DNA of 64,000 nucleotides from Chiloscyllium plagiosum (lineage: Eukaryota). This document shows, one piece after another, positions 46,250 to 60,700 of the stretch; position 1 is the first letter of the stretch; every line of letters starts with the position of its first letter. The stretch covers positions 66,738,421 through 66,802,420 of the forward strand of contig NC_057719.1 in assembly GCF_004010195.1 (NCBI RefSeq). Reading direction: 5' to 3'. The notes beneath the pieces are model-generated. The model saw only the letters and a program-made list of their open reading frames with translations, ran no database searches and was not told the origin of the DNA. Both the position numbers and the translations under genes were made by a program.

Positions 46250-48713
46250 GATGTGAATGGACTGAGAAATAGCCGCCACAGCCATTTCCGCCCCCATGGT
46301 GAGCATCACTTCCATTGATGACATCACTCCTGAACCCATAACCACACCCACTCCAATGGCAGTCTCCACCTCCACTCCCAGTTCCAGCTCCACCTCAGGT
46401 CCTGGTTCCCTGCCCTGCTCTGTTTTTATTATTCTCTCTGACCTCCCCCTTACTGAGGATGAATGTTCAGTCCTCAGCAAAGGCTTCTACACTCCTGGAT
46501 TAATGAGTTGGACAAGCACATTGAATATTTCTTCCGCTGCCTCCACATTCACTTTTTTTGATCAAGATTCCCGCCCACCCACGGCGGACCCCTTCTCCCA
46601 CCTCCAACACATCCCTGGACTCCTTGTGCTGGCCTGTTACCCGCCCTTGAACCTTCATTTCTAACTGCTGCTGTGACATAGACTACCTCAACCTGTCCAC
46701 CCCCATCACCCGCTCCAACCTCCTGCCCTCACAACGTGCAGCCCTCCCCTCTAACCCCAAGATTACCATTAAACCAGCGGGCTGGGGGGGGGGGGGGGGG
46801 GGGGAGAGTTGCAATGGTAGTTTGGCGCACTGACCTCTACACCGCTGAAGTCAGGTGCCACCTCGCAGACACCTCCTCCTACTGCCCTGTCACCTCCCAT
46901 CGCCAAATCTTCATCTCCTAGACCATCCACAACCTAATCACTTCTGGGGACCTCCCATTCAAAGCCTCCAACCTCATAGTCCAAGAACCCTGCACTGGCC
47001 GATTCTACCTCCTAACGAAGATTCACAAACCTGACTTCCCTGGTTGACCCATTGTCTGAGCCTGCTTCCGTCCCACTGAACTCAGCTCTGCATACCTTGA
47101 CACCATTCTGTCCCCGTAGTGCAGGAACTCCTCATCTCCATTTGGGACACCATCCACTCCCTTCACCTCCTCCAAGACTATCGGTTCCCCGGCTCCCTAC
47201 AACTCATCTTCACCATGGACACTCAGTCCCTGTACACATCTATCTGCCACCACGAATGCCTCCAACCCCTCAGTTTCTTCCTTTCACACCATTCCAACCA
47301 GTACCCTTCCATCATCACCCTCATCCGCCTGGTCAAACTGGTCCTCACCCCTTAACAACTTTTCCTGCTAATCCTCCCACTTCCTCCAAACCAATGGGCA
47401 CCCGCATACTCCCATGAGGAGGCTGAACAGTTCATCAACTTCACCAACACCTTTCACCCAGACCTCAAATTCACCTGGACCATTTCAGACATCCCGCTCC
47501 TCTTCCTGGGCCTCTCCATCTCCATCTGCGGCGACCGACTAACCACTGACATTTACTATAAACCTAGAGACTCCCACAGCTACTTGGGCTACACCTCCTC
47601 CTATTCTGCCTCCTGTAAAAAACTCTTATTCCTAATTCGTCTGCTGCATCTGTTCCCAGGACGACCAATTCCACCATAGAAAATCCCAGATGGCCTCTTT
47701 CTTCCAAGACCATAATTTCCCCTCTCATATGGTCAATGATGCCCTCCAGCGCATTTCCTTCATTTTCCACACCTTAGTCCTTGAACCCCACTCCTCTCAA
47801 CGCAATAAGGACAGAACAACCCCCCCACCCCCACTCCTCATCTTCCACCCTACCAAACTCTGTATACATCGCATCAACATCCACCACCTACAAACAGACC
47901 CCACCACTAGGGATATATTTCCCACCCACACCTACCAGCATTTCGGAGAAGCTATTCCGTCCACGACTCCCTTGTCAGATCCACGTCTCCCCACTCCTTC
48001 ATCCCACTCCCAGCACCTTCCCCAGCCACCACAAGTGCAATGTGCGCCCACACCTTCGTCCAAGATGCCAAAGGATCCTTCCACATCACACAGAAATTCA
48101 CCTGTACTTCTACAGATGAATACAGTCATCTCCTGTATCTGTTGCACCCGCATCCTCCACATCAGAAAGACAGGACGCCAACTTTCGGATCATTTCAGAG
48201 AACATCTCTGGGACACCTGCACCAACCAACCCCAACACCCTGTGGCTGAACAGTTTAACTCCACCTCCCAATCCATCAAGGACATGCAGATCCTGGGCCT
48301 CCTCCATCGCCAAACACTAACCACCTGACACCTGGAGGAAGAACGCCTCATCCTCTGCCTTGGGACCCTGCGGAGATTAGTGTGGACTTCACCAGCTTCC
48401 TCATTTCCTCTCCCCCCACCTCATTCCAGTCACAAGCTTCCAACTCGGCACCGCCCTCTTGACTTGTCCGGCTTTCGCATCTAGCCACTCCACCCTGTAA
48501 CCTTCTCCACCACATTCATCTATCTATTGCATTCCCAGCCCATACCCCTACCATTTATCTCTCAGGCCCCCGGCCCACAAGCCTCATTCCTGATGAAGGA
48601 CTTACGCCTGAAATGTCAAGTCTCCTGCTCCTCTAATGCTGCCTGACCTGCTGTACTTTTCCAGCACCACTCTCTCAACTCTGAAGTCAGTATCTGCAGT
48701 CCTCACTTTCTCC
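46250..48713 (+). mobile_element. Degenerate, near-complete Penelope-like element (RT + GIY-YIG + 3' pLTR with hammerhead core) in the last ARHGAP11A intron
   Basis: RT remnants KIHKPDFPG and FTMDTQSLYTSI. GIY-YIG remnant VISCICCTRILHIRKTGRQLSDHFREHL...HPVAEQFNS. CTGATGA (48590-48596)...GAAATGTC (48610-48617). Ends CTGCAGTCCTCACTTTCTCC. Confidence 0.88.
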
Positions 48714-49010
48714 TCCCTGAGAAATACCCTATTACTACACTGAATTCTGAATAAAGGCTGAAAATTTTGTATCTCTCTTTTGGCAATGAAAAAGGTCCAA
48801 CTCAAAGAGCAATGCATTTTGAGTAATAATAGAATTATAAACTGAATAATAGAACTAGGATTTTATACAATAAGGAAAGCACTTATAGCATCATTTATTT
48901 ACAATGTCATATTATGAATTTTGGACTTAACCTGTAACTTTCCTAATGCATACCATGTTAGGTAAGTGGGATACATGATGAAATAAATAGGAAACTTGAT
49001 CAGCATTTAC

Positions 49011-49158
49011 CTCTTGTATCTCTGTGTTTTACGACTGGGGTCGATGGGAGATCTTCTGCTGAGAACCATCTGTAGTCATGAACATCACACTGATTTGCGA
49101 GACGCCAACCAATATTTTCTGATCCATTTGGAGCTGGGCCTCTGGAGGATAAAGTATT
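49011..49158 (-). CDS. ARHGAP11A: ARHGAP11A internal exon (148 nt, phase 0->1)
   Basis: cag|AATACT...AAGAG|gtaaat; encodes NTLSSRGPAPNGSENIGWRLANQCDVH... (human ESVGWRLANQ). Confidence 0.88.
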
Positions 49159-49894
49159 CTGTGCAAAATTAAAATACTCATAAGTTTAATTTGAAACAAT
49201 CCAATGAATATAAAAAAAAGTTAAGTATACTGTTTATAAGTACCATAGAAATGGAACAGTCTGGGATAAAAACACAAATTCTATGCAAGGTTAAATGCAT
49301 ACTTTGGCCCAGATTCTGCAACCATAACAAAAGAACCTAACAATGCTTAAACACATTATGGAGTAAACTGCGTTCATACAAGTGCACTTAAGCACTGAAA
49401 TATGGGTACAGTCAGAGATGTTCCACAGTAACAGTACTCACCAAAAGACTTGGCATTAAAGTGAATGCATTGCACATCTTTCAAGTAGTTTCTAATTCGT
49501 TACCCACTAAAGAAATCATTAAACTTTATTCATTCCTAGATGGACCCACCGAAATATTTGATTATAGTATCATGAGTAATTACTTCCAAATAATCATTAC
49601 CTGGACCTGAAGATTGAAATAATGTAAATTCTCATCCTTTCAGAAGTTAAGGAATGAAGATTTTATTTTTTCACTTTGCTACTAAACTCTTAGATTTTCA
49701 ATCTCATTTACCTAGCCCAATCTGTTTTCTGTTCATGATTTAAACCTCATGGATACTTTCTGATATAGATTCTGCAAACCTAAGAGAAGTATTAGTTTAA
49801 GAGACTCACTGTTTCTTTCTCTGTTTGTAGACACCAGAAATCCACTGGAGCACCACACAGTAGATGAGATGCTGGATTAGAGCAAGCAGCTCAT

Positions 49895-50305
49895 CGAGTC
49901 AGTCATAGAGATGTACAGCACAGAAACAGACCCCTCGGTTCAACTCATCCGTGCGGACAAGATATCCCAACCTAATCTAGTCCCATTTGCTAGCACCCGG
50001 CCCATATCCCTCAAAACCCTTCAGAATCATATAACCATCCAGATGCCTTTTAAATGTTGCAATTGTACCAGCCTCCACCACTTTCTCTGGCAGCTCATTC
50101 TACACACGCACCACCCTGTGTGTAAAAAGGTTGGCCCTTAGGTCTCCTTTATATCTTTCCCCTCTCACCCTAAACCTATGCCCTCCAGTTCTGGACTCCC
50201 CACCCTATGGAAAAGAATTTGTCTATTTATCCTATCAATGCCCTTCATGATTTTATAGACCTCTAAGGTCACCCTTCAGCTTCCGACACTCCAGGGAAAA
50301 CAGCT
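49895..50305 (-). mobile_element. CR1/HER1-type LINE 3' fragment
   Basis: Reverse complement of the tail seen at 38660-39060. Confidence 0.85.
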
Positions 50306-50587
50306 CAAAAACCTACCAAATTGAGGGCAGCAGTCATTAAGGTGAATGGTAAGAATTATTACTTCACAGCTAGCTGTAAAATCTGGGCTTATATGTACAA
50401 GGCTGATCCTTTGCTACATAAATGTTTTGTGTTCTCTAACATAAAAAGAAACAGATTTATAACCTACCAACGTAGAAATGTGGTGATTGCTTTGTCAGCA
50501 CTGAATATTGGCATTAATAAAAGAAAAGCAGCAAATACAAAATGACACTTCAAAAATGAAAGATACAAGGGCCTTTAGCATTTTATT

Positions 50588-51560
50588 GAATCATGGAGAT
50601 ATGCGGCACAGAAACAAACCCTTCTGTCCAACCCGTCCACGCCAACCAGATATCCTAAATTAATCTAGTCCCATTTGTCAGCACTTGGCCCATATCCTTC
50701 TACACCTTTTTTATTCATATACCCTCCAGATGCCTTTTAAAATATTGGAATTGTACCAGCCTCCATCACTTCCTCTGGCAGCTCATTCCATGCACACACT
50801 ACCCATTGCATGAAAAGGTTGTCCCTTCGGTTCCTTTTAAATCTTACCCCGTTCACCCTAAACATATGCCCTCTACTTCTGGACTCCTCCACCCCAGGGA
50901 AAGTACTTTGTCTATTTTCCTTATCCATGCCCCTTGTGACTTTATAAACCTCTATAAGGTCACCCTTCAGCCTCATACTCTCCAGGGGATACAGCCCCAG
51001 CCTATTCAGCCTCTCTCTACAGCTCAAACCTTCCAATATTCCTGTAAATCTTTTCTGAACCCTTTCAAATTTCACATAGGAGGGAGGCCAGAACTGCACA
51101 TCATTCTAAAAGTGTCCTAACTAACGTTCTGTATAGCCACAACATGACCTCCCAACTCCTGTACTCAATGCCTTGTCCAATAAAGGAAAGCATGTTAAAC
51201 GTCTTCTTCACTAACTTGTCTACCTGAAACTCCACTCTCAAGGAACTATGAACCTGTACTCCAAGGTCTCTTTCTTCAGCAAACACCCCAGGAACTTACA
51301 ATTAAGTGTATAAGTCCTGATTTATCTTTCCAAAATGCAGCACCTTGCATTTATCTAAATTAAACTCCATCTGCCACTCCTCGGCCCATTGGCCCATCTG
51401 ATCAAGATCCCATAGCACTGTGAGGTAACTTTCTTCAGTGTCCACTACACCTCCAATTTTGGTGTCATCTGCAAACTTACTGATAATACTTCCTATGCTC
51501 ACATCAAAATCATTTAGAAAATTACGAAAAGCAGTGGACACAGCACCGATCCTTGTGGGA
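50588..51560 (-). mobile_element. CR1/HER1-type LINE 3' fragment with RT end
   Basis: ISKFADDTKIGGVVD...WAEEWQMEFNLDKCKVLHFG and ERVQKRFT. Confidence 0.88.
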
Positions 51561-52304
51561 CACGGTGGGTTTCTTTTGCAGAACAGAAAATTTTGAACTT
51601 TAACATGTGTCAAAACCTCCTTCAACTTCTGCTCATGCTACATCTTCACACTAAGTTGTTAATTTTAAAGCATCAAAAATTTGATTCCACTGTACAGTCT
51701 AGTCTTTTTACATAAAATTTGCTTTAATGTGCACAATTTGAACAATGTATCCTGTTTACTTCTAGCTATTAAAATTATGTGCTTAATCTTTACTAAGTCC
51801 CACCAAGGGGAGAAAAGACCCACATTTATTGTATAGACTACATTTTCCCCAAACAAAAACTAATTATCAAAACAGTTTGGCAACAACAGTTCCCCACTTC
51901 TGGGAACCATTAATCTTTTAGCTCCATATAAAGAAAAGCTATTCATTTGTCCTTCAAATGCCCATTATACATCACTATTAACCTTTGAACTTCCAAACCT
52001 GATGCCTAGAAGTGTAACTTAATTAGATTATTACCAATTAAATCAAGAGTCCCAGATATAACAATTTCAAATGAGCAATCTGTTTTCTTAAAGGAGGACA
52101 ATTTCAATACTAAAGCAAACCATTACACAAAGAACATTTGGAAGGGAGAGGATCACAAATTAGATTTTTCATTTAATAAGTTAATTCTCAATATTTTTTC
52201 CAATAATATATCGAACATAGATGACACATGAAACATTTGAATTAAACAGATACAAAATCAGACCAATCGGACAACTTTAAATGGTTAGAAAAGTATAAAC
52301 TTAC

Positions 52305-52410
52305 TGAGTCTTTGTTTTTTCCAAGGCTAAATCTTAAACGCAAGGACTTGCGGACCATTCTTTTTCGACTAAGCTTGGGAGAAAAGCAACTAGCTTTTCC
52401 AGATTCCATT
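52305..52410 (-). CDS. ARHGAP11A: ARHGAP11A internal exon (106 nt, phase 2->0)
   Basis: tag|AATGGAA...GACTCA|gtaag; encodes [35 protein letters not shown] (human [31 protein letters not shown]). Confidence 0.92.
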
Positions 52411-54450
52411 CTACAAAATAAGTTGATTGTTTACTTACTTATAATCAATCTATTCCAGTCTTTTATTGTCAATAGTTGTCTCATGTCTCACTTTTCCCCT
52501 CCTCTCAAAGCTGCAAACTATTTCCTACAGTCAGCACCCTGTAACTTGTATGTAGGAAGGATCATACTCAAACTGGATCCTTTCTTCACATCATGTTCAC
52601 CCATGCACAATTCAATTAGAATCTACTGGTTAGCACTCAGGACTAAAAACTCTAGGGTGACTTTTATCTCCTCTTTTCAGTCCAAGGAAACCAGCACACA
52701 TTTCACTGACTAGCTGAAATGGGTACAGAAATTTTGTAACTTTATGGTAATATGCCTAAGATACATACTCAGTCGCTTAAGATTTCATTATGGAAAAGTA
52801 ATCTTTGAATACACCAAGGAAGAAAACTAAAATCCTTCAAGGTGCAAACACTAATGTACATTAATCACAGGTGCCACTAGATGCAGCATTACTAATTAAA
52901 TAAAGAAAATGCTGCCATCTCAAAAAAGGTCCAATTGGAGTAGTGAGAAACTTGACACTATTTTGTGATTCAAGACAATTCCCAAGCTACAATCAAAACA
53001 AGCAGCATAAAAAGCATCATTTATATCACTTAGGTAAACATAAGGGATCTATTAATAATTGTACTCACAGTGGTTTTAATGCTAAAATAATGTCCCAAGC
53101 CATTTTGCAGATAGGCAAAATCACCAAACTGCCAACAAACAGTGAATTTTAAACCTATCAAAGAGATAGATTTTGAGGAAGTTTTTCCTTCAATGTGCAT
53201 TTAGACATTAGAGGCTTGGACATTCAATACAGATTACAAGGACAAAGTCTTTTAGACAAACAGAACTTAATGCGGAAAATGAAAAGTACAACAGATCTCT
53301 GAACAAGTTCGAGCACACAGACCTTAAGAGATGGGCAGCCAGAAAGCAGCCCTTCTAGTGAGCAAGTGTGGAGGTGATGATAGCAAAGAAAGAGACATGG
53401 AAAAAGGTAGTGTGTAAACTTGAACGTGGAGTGCGTGGCTGGCAAATGCTGTGAAAACTTGGCCCTGGGTCAATAAGACATCAAGACCGTAAATGGTCAA
53501 ATGCAATCTGACTCAGTGGCCAGGGAATTCATGGGATGTTTGTCATTGGCTTAGTTAGGAATCGACCACATTGTTGTGGGTCTGGAATCGCATGTCCACC
53601 AGAGTCTGTAAGGATACCAGATTTCCTTCTGAAAATACATGAGTGCATCAGATGGGCTTATAATGATAATCAACAACGGTTACATGGTTGCTATCAGGCC
53701 AACATCTTATTCTTGTTTTTTTAAAAACTTGGATGCAAATTTCAGCATGCCTAGACCATTAACCTGGGGTTTCTGAATTATTAGCTAGGGACATTCCCAC
53801 CACACCATTCTCTTCTCTCTAAACATAAAAAATTCTAATTGAGAGAGCTAACAAAATAGAGCCACATTGAATAAAATTCTACATATTAATACATAAAGAT
53901 GGACTCATAGTATTATAAGTAGGCTTGATTTAGCATAAATCACTAAGTTGCAGACTCAAATCTTGTGCAATTACATTTCTTCTGTAACTTACTACCCTAA
54001 ATGGATCTTTCTTTTGCCCATTTTTAATGCGAAAGTGAAAATGCCGGTACAGAGTATACAATCTTTAATTAGCGGATAGAAAGTCAGAGATGCAGATATA
54101 CAGTTGTTCGAGCAGAACCTTCTATAAGGGTAACGAGTGAATGGTTATGTTGAAAAAATGTTTGTAAAATTAATTATGTGCATATATCTCTATTGCTTGC
54201 AAATGCATGTGTCAAACACAAAGCTACAGGATTTTCGCACTATGTATTGTTTCCTTACATTTCAAAATTATGTTCTTATGCATTCAAGGAATAAACCAGT
54301 CATGCGTTGGTCAGTTTTTTTAAACTAAACTGCACTGGTAGGTAAAAATCATATTCGTGGTTACTTGTTAAATAAAATATGTTTAAAAATAGCTATTAAT
54401 AATTCACAAAACACATAAGTTAACAAGGCAAACACAAGAATTTAAGTTAC

Positions 54451-54577
54451 CTCTCCACTTTGTTTTCTAGCCGTTTACTTTTCCGTCGATTTATTGATGT
54501 AATTGACTGAAGCATAACACTTCCAGCAGAGAGAGACAGAGGACCTTGTAATGACTCTAGAGACACTGGAGGACTAC
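54451..54577 (-). CDS. ARHGAP11A: ARHGAP11A internal exon (127 nt, phase 1->2)
   Basis: aag|GTAGT...GGAGAG|gtaact; encodes GSPPVSLESLQGPLSLSAGSVMLQSITSINRRKSKRLENKVER. Phases fit both neighbouring exons. Confidence 0.85.
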
Positions 54578-55139
54578 CTTCAAACAAATAATGTATTGTG
54601 TAATTAACAAAGCAAATAAATAAAACAATCACAAATTCATTCTAACTAAATCTGCCATCTCTTCAGAAATTTTGGAAGAAGTCTTTAAAAAATCACTTCA
54701 AGTGGATAAAGACCAAAGTAAAATTCTGGGTACAATGACTAGATACAGAATATAAAAATTAACACAATGTTTAAACAATCTCTGATACCAGCAATTCCAT
54801 AATTTAGCCATTAGCTCTAGTCAGAAATCACGAAGCTAAATGAATCTATAAATTAATCTGTGTCAGAATATCATACAATCCAACGTCTTCTGCTTACACA
54901 AGTACTAACTTTAATTATCAATACTATATCTATGAGTGTCTGCGATTTCTCAATTCACAGTCTTTTTGGAGTGGAGATGAGAATGAAATATGGAGGTATT
55001 CAGGTAGTAACTTCAAAATCCATGGCGCAGACATGGAAATTCAAACTCTCATTTAAAGTAGGCATGTTTAGATTGCTAAGAAAGGGTGTGTTAAAATGTA
55101 CAAATTACATATTCCAATAAATAGTTTCTTCACTACATG

Positions 55140-55488
55140 AGGACATGGTAGTTCGGTGGCCAGCCATGCTGCCTCACAGCACCAGGGACCCAGGTTCAAT
55201 TCCAGCCTCGGACAACTGTCTGTGTGGAGTTTGCACATTCTCCCAGTGTCTACGCGGGTTTCCTCCGGGTGCTCCAGTTTCCTCCCACAGTTCAAAGATG
55301 TGCAGGTTAGATGAATTGGCCATGCTAAATTGCCCATAGTGGTCAGGGATGTGTGGTTTATTTGCATTAGTCAGGGGAAATGTCGATTAATAGGCTTGGG
55401 GAATGGGTCTGGGTGGGATACTTTTCAGAGGGTTGGTGTGGACTTGTTGGGCCAAATGGCCTGTTTCCACACTGTAGAGATTCTATGA
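55140..55488 (+). mobile_element. Full-length HE1-type V-SINE
   Basis: tRNA-like head, central GTGTGGAGTTTGCACATTCTCCC...GGTTTCCTCCGGGTGCTCCAGTTTCCTCCCACAG domain, and CR1-like tail GGGCCAAATGGCCTGTTTCCACACTG. Confidence 0.88.
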
Positions 55489-56330
55489 CAATTTTCCACA
55501 TATTAAACATGGCCCAACTGTAGATGCCAGATAAACTCAAGTTCACAACCAATATAAAAGTACTCCGGTTTTTCCTTTATCGATAAAAGATCTATATTAA
55601 ACTTTAAGCTGCAAAAAAAAACACAACTCCTCATTCGTGATATTTAAAATTTGTAAATTTCCAAACTCAAGACTTGTTTTTAATAAGTTACAATGGGTGT
55701 TGACAGAATGTTGATTGGTAGCAGTGAAAGCACTATGAAAATGGATATAAAAATACAAACTGCTGGGTGTACCCAGCAGGTTTCTCAGCATTTATAGGGA
55801 CAGAAACAGACTTAGTATGTCAAGTTGTGACCTTCCATCAGAATTGGTCTCTCCTAGCAAATGTTGCCAAACCTGCTGACTATTTCCAGCATTTTCTGTT
55901 TTTCAGTATCCTCAGTGCATTCCTTTGGGAAAACATGGGGCTTGTCTCAAATTAATGCCACAATTCAACAAGTTCAAATTAGATCTGTAAAGATAGTTTG
56001 AGAAGTAATCTTTCCTAATGGTATCAAGATCATTTCTACCTGTATATGGAAATTGATAACATGAAGAAGAATAATTTGTAATTTTATAGCAGCTTGAATG
56101 CAATGAGCGAAAGACAAAGAAAAAGACTAAAGGCAGTACTGGACAACATAAATTATGGGTGCTCAAACTGCCAGAATTCATATTCAACTATACCCTGCAA
56201 ATAGTGTTGAAAAATATACTATGTTCATATTGCTGCATTTTCTCCTAAAAAGTAAGGTCTTACATCAGAACACCAGAGGATAAGTGCAGAAGCAAACTTT
56301 CTATAAAGGAATTGAAGGTCTTATTCATAC

Positions 56331-56428
56331 CATCATCCTTCTTGATGTCATCTGACGATGGTGTAGAATTCTGACTGAGAAAACTGCTTGGCAACAGTTC
56401 CAAAGCTATATTATGTCTTATCGAACGC
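56331..56428 (-). CDS. ARHGAP11A: ARHGAP11A internal exon (98 nt, phase 2->1)
   Basis: cag|GCGTTCG...GATGATG|gtatga; encodes RSIRHNIALELLPSSFLSQNSTPSSDDIKKDD (human KSIKHNFNFELLPSNLFNSSSTP). Confidence 0.88.
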
Positions 56429-57723
56429 CTGTGAGGAATAACATTTTTTTCCGTTTACGTGCATTTTAGAAAGCATCGAACTGTCAACAGCAAAACAAAA
56501 TATCCCTGGTGACCTTAACCAGAAGTTAATAAAATGATAAAAGTGCTAGTATGACAAGGTACTTGCAAAGCTGTTTTCCCTATCCTACATATTTGAATTA
56601 GATACACTCTAATTTTGAGAAGTTCTGCATTTCTTCTGGGTTGGGGAGTGTGCTGCTTCAGGGGAGACACGCCTGTTCAAATTTAATTGCTGCTTGATTA
56701 GGCAGACTAGAAAAACCTTCATATGTGCAGTCACTAGAAATTTGTATTCAAACAGATGTACTGTTGCACAAGATCTAGATTCAAATTGTGCTAAATGATA
56801 TTAGTAATTTTCTAAATAAATTTAACAAGATTCCTTGGACAGCGCCTTCAAAACCACAATCGCTACTAATCTAGAAGACAAAGGCAACAGAAACATTGTA
56901 ATATAACCACCTACAAGTTCTCCTCCAAGTCACTTACTTTTTTGACTTGGAAACATACTGTCATTCCTTCAGTGTCGCTAGGTCAAATCTCTGCATGTTA
57001 GTGTTGTAGAGATACCTACAGCAAATAAACTGCAGCAGGTCAATAAGGATGCAGGGCAACTAAGGATGGACAATAAATGTAAGATCAGCTAGTGACAATT
57101 GTACCCAATGAACGAATTTTAAAGAGGCAACAAATTTGGGATAGTTTGAGGTGCTCTGTATTGGTCACTACAATATAGAATTGACATACATATTTAGCTT
57201 AAAAGGAGCCATTGTTCAAATTACAGGTTTATCAGGAGAGTTAAGCAAAGTTGAAAGAGGAGATAAATAGGCACTCAAAACTAATCTTAAAGTAGATGGA
57301 GGCGATCTTTGTCAGCAGGATCTTCACTCCTGGCATTTGATTCTCCAATTGTAGTTTGTTAATATCATTATTATTTTTGAGATACACACAGTAGTCTAAG
57401 TAATGAGTCCTAAATTAAAGAAACAAATTGGTTCTTCTTACAGCTTCCAATATTTGAGTATTTTACTTAATATTTTGACAAAGCCCTAATTCTTACAGGA
57501 ATAAAATACATAAGGTGGAATCTTACAGTCTATAAGGCACGTTAATTGGATGATGTGGTGGCAACCCAGAAATCCATTGCCTTCTCACCGCTGACAATAA
57601 ACACCTTCCTATTGGTCCATTGTCAATTTATGCTTTTAAGGTTTTTATTAATTTCCTTCATGTATACGGATATTGCTGGGTAGGCCAGCATTTATTTAGG
57701 TCAGAGTTCTTTATTTTTACATC

Positions 57724-60700
57724 AGCAGTTGGAGTGGGAGGAATGACAGCGAGGACCAGGAAGTTAAATTTTAAAAGACATAAAAAGGTTACCTTGTGTA
57801 TAGGTAGAGTGAACACGGGACTGCTGGGTGTGTGTGGCTTTATATTTCGTTGATTGCTTTACCCGGAACACTCCTCAGGTAGTATATCCCATTTGTCCTC
57901 CTCCTCCTCTAACCAAAAAGTGTTCTGTGTGCCAGATTGGTAAGGTGACTAGTTTCTTTATTTTTTTCAGTAGTCGCAGTGTGAATTTAGAATAGTGAGA
58001 ATGGAGGTTAGGGCAGTTGAATGTTCCTCCTGCAGAATCTGGGAGGTTAGTGTTACCAGTAGTTACCCTGCTGACTGCATCTGCTGGAAGTGCATCCAAA
58101 TCCAGCTCCTCGAAAACAGAGTTAGGGAACTGGAGCTGGATGAACTCCGGATCATTCAGTCGGTGGAGTGGGATATTGAGAGGTGTTACAGGGAGGTGGT
58201 CACACCTCAGGCAAAAGAAGAAGGTAGACGGGTTACCATCAGGGGACTGTAAGGGAACCGGCAGGCAGCGCAGGGATCCCCTGTGGCCGTTCCCTTCAAC
58301 AAGTATGCCGTTTTGGATACTGTTGCGGGGTTGACCTATTAGGGGTAAGCAATGAGACACAGGTCTCTAGCTCAGAATCTGTCCCTGTTGCTCAGAAGGG
58401 AAGGGGGAAGAGGAGCAGAACATTGGTCATTGGGAATTCCATAGATACGGGGGACAGATAGGAGGTTCTGTGGGAATGAGAGAGACTCCTGGTTGATGTG
58501 TTGCCTCTCAGATGCCAGGGTTTGAGAGGCCTCTGATCGCGTTTTCGGGATCCTTGAGAGAGAGGGGCAGCAGCCACAAGTTGTGGTCTACAAAGGTAGG
58601 AAAAGAGATGGGGATTTAAGGCAGAAATTCAGGAAGCTAGGGTGGAAGCTTGGAGCTAGAACAAACCAAGTTATCATCTCTGGCTTGTTGCCCATGCTAG
58701 CAAGGCGAGGAATAGGGAGAGAGGGGTTGTATACGTGGCTACAAGGATGGAGCAGGAGGGAGGATTTTGGATTCCTGGATAATTGGGGCTCTTTCTGGGG
58801 TAGGTGGGACCTCTACAAACAGGATGGTCTTCACCTGAACCAGAGGGGTACCAATATCTGGAGAGGGAATTTGCTAATGCCCTTTGGGTGGGTTTAAACT
58901 AATTCAGCAGAGGGATGGGAACCAAAATTGTCGTACGAGTATACGAGAGGGTGAGAGTAGCGAAGTCAGAACTAAGATTTCAAGATCGCACGTGGCACCG
59001 GCAAGTAAGAAGTCAGTTTGAAGTGTGCATCCAGAATAAGGTGGGTGCACTTGCAGCATGAGTTGGTACCTGGGATTTCGATGTTGTAGCCATTTCAGAG
59101 ACATGGGTAGAGCAGGGAGAGAAATGGTTATTGCAGGTTCCGGGATTTAGATATTTCAGTAAGAACAGAGAAAAGAGGGGACGTTGTTGCACTGTTAGTT
59201 AAGGACAGACAGTATTACGGTTGCAGAAAGGATGTTTGAGGACTCGTCTACTGAGGTAGTATGGGTTGAGATTAGAAACAGGAAAGGAGAGGTTACCCAG
59301 TTGGGAATTTTCTATCGGCCTCCAAACAGTTCCAGAGATGGAGAGGATATGATAGCAAAGATGATTCTGGATAGGAGCGAGAGCGACAGGGTAGTTGTAA
59401 TGGGGGACTTGAAATTTTCAAATATTGACTGAGAATACTATAGTTCAAATACTTTAAATGGATCAGTTTTGTCCAGTGCGTGCAGGGGTGCTTCCTAACA
59501 CAGTATGTAGACAGGCCAACAAGGGGCAAGGCCACATTAGATTTTGTACTGGGCAATGAACCCAGCCAGGTGTTAGTTTTGGAGGTAGGTGAGCACTTTT
59601 GGTGATAGTGACCACAATTCGCTTACGCTTACTTTAATGATTGAAAGGGACAGGTATATACCGCAGGGCAAGTGTTATAGCTGGGGGAAAGGCAATTACG
59701 ATATGATACGATTAGGCAAAATTTAGGATATATAGGAGGAGGAAGGAAACTGCAGGGGATAGGCACAATTGAAATGTGGAGCTTATTCAAGTAGCAGCCA
59801 CTACGAGTCCTTGATAAGTTAGCCAGGAAAGGACTAAAGAAAGACTAAGAGGAGCCAGAGGGGGACATGAAAAGTCACTGGCGGATAGGATCAAGGAAAA
59901 TCCTAAGGCTTTCTATGGACATATCAGGAATAAAAGAATGACTAGATAAAATTAGGGCCAATCATGCATTGTAGTGGGAGATTATGCTTGGAGTCAGAGG
60001 AGTTAGGGATGGAATTGTGGTGCATAAGGAGAGATTAGCAATTCTGGAAAATGTAAAAATAGCTAAGTCACCTGGGCCGGATAAGATTTATCCTAGGATG
60101 CTATGGGAAGCCAGGGAGGAAATTACCGAGCCTTTGGCTTTGATCTTTATGTCGTCATTGTCTACAGAAATAGTGCCAGAAAACTGGAGGATAGCAAATG
60201 TTGTTCCCTTGTTCAAGAAGGGGAGTAGAAACAAGCCTGGGAATTATAGATCTGTGAACCTTACTTCAGTTGTGGGTAAAGTGTTGGGAAAGGTTATAAG
60301 AGAAAGGATTTATCATTTATAATAGGAAAAAGTTGTTTAGGGATAGTCAACACCGTTTTGAGAAGGGTAGGTTGTGCCTCACAAACCTTATTGAGCTTTT
60401 TGAGAAGGTGACCAAACAGGTGGATGAGGGTAAAGTGGTTGATGTGGTGTATATGGATTTCAGTAAAGAGTCTGATAAGGTTCCGCATGATAGACTATTG
60501 CGGTGGTTGATGGGAAATATTCATCCTGGAGTTCAGTTAGTAGTGGTGTACCGTAAGATCTGTTTTGGGGCTACTACTGTTTGTCATTTTTATAAATGAC
60601 CTGGATGAGGGCATAGATGGGTTAGTAAATTTGCAGATGACTTTAAGGTCAGTAGAGTTGGGGATAGTGACAAAGGATGTTGCAGCTTACAGAGAGACAT

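Noticed and set aside
52872..52889. GCCACTAGATGCAGCA CTCF-like word
   Set aside because: It needs a 1-nt insertion in the core to fit the motif.
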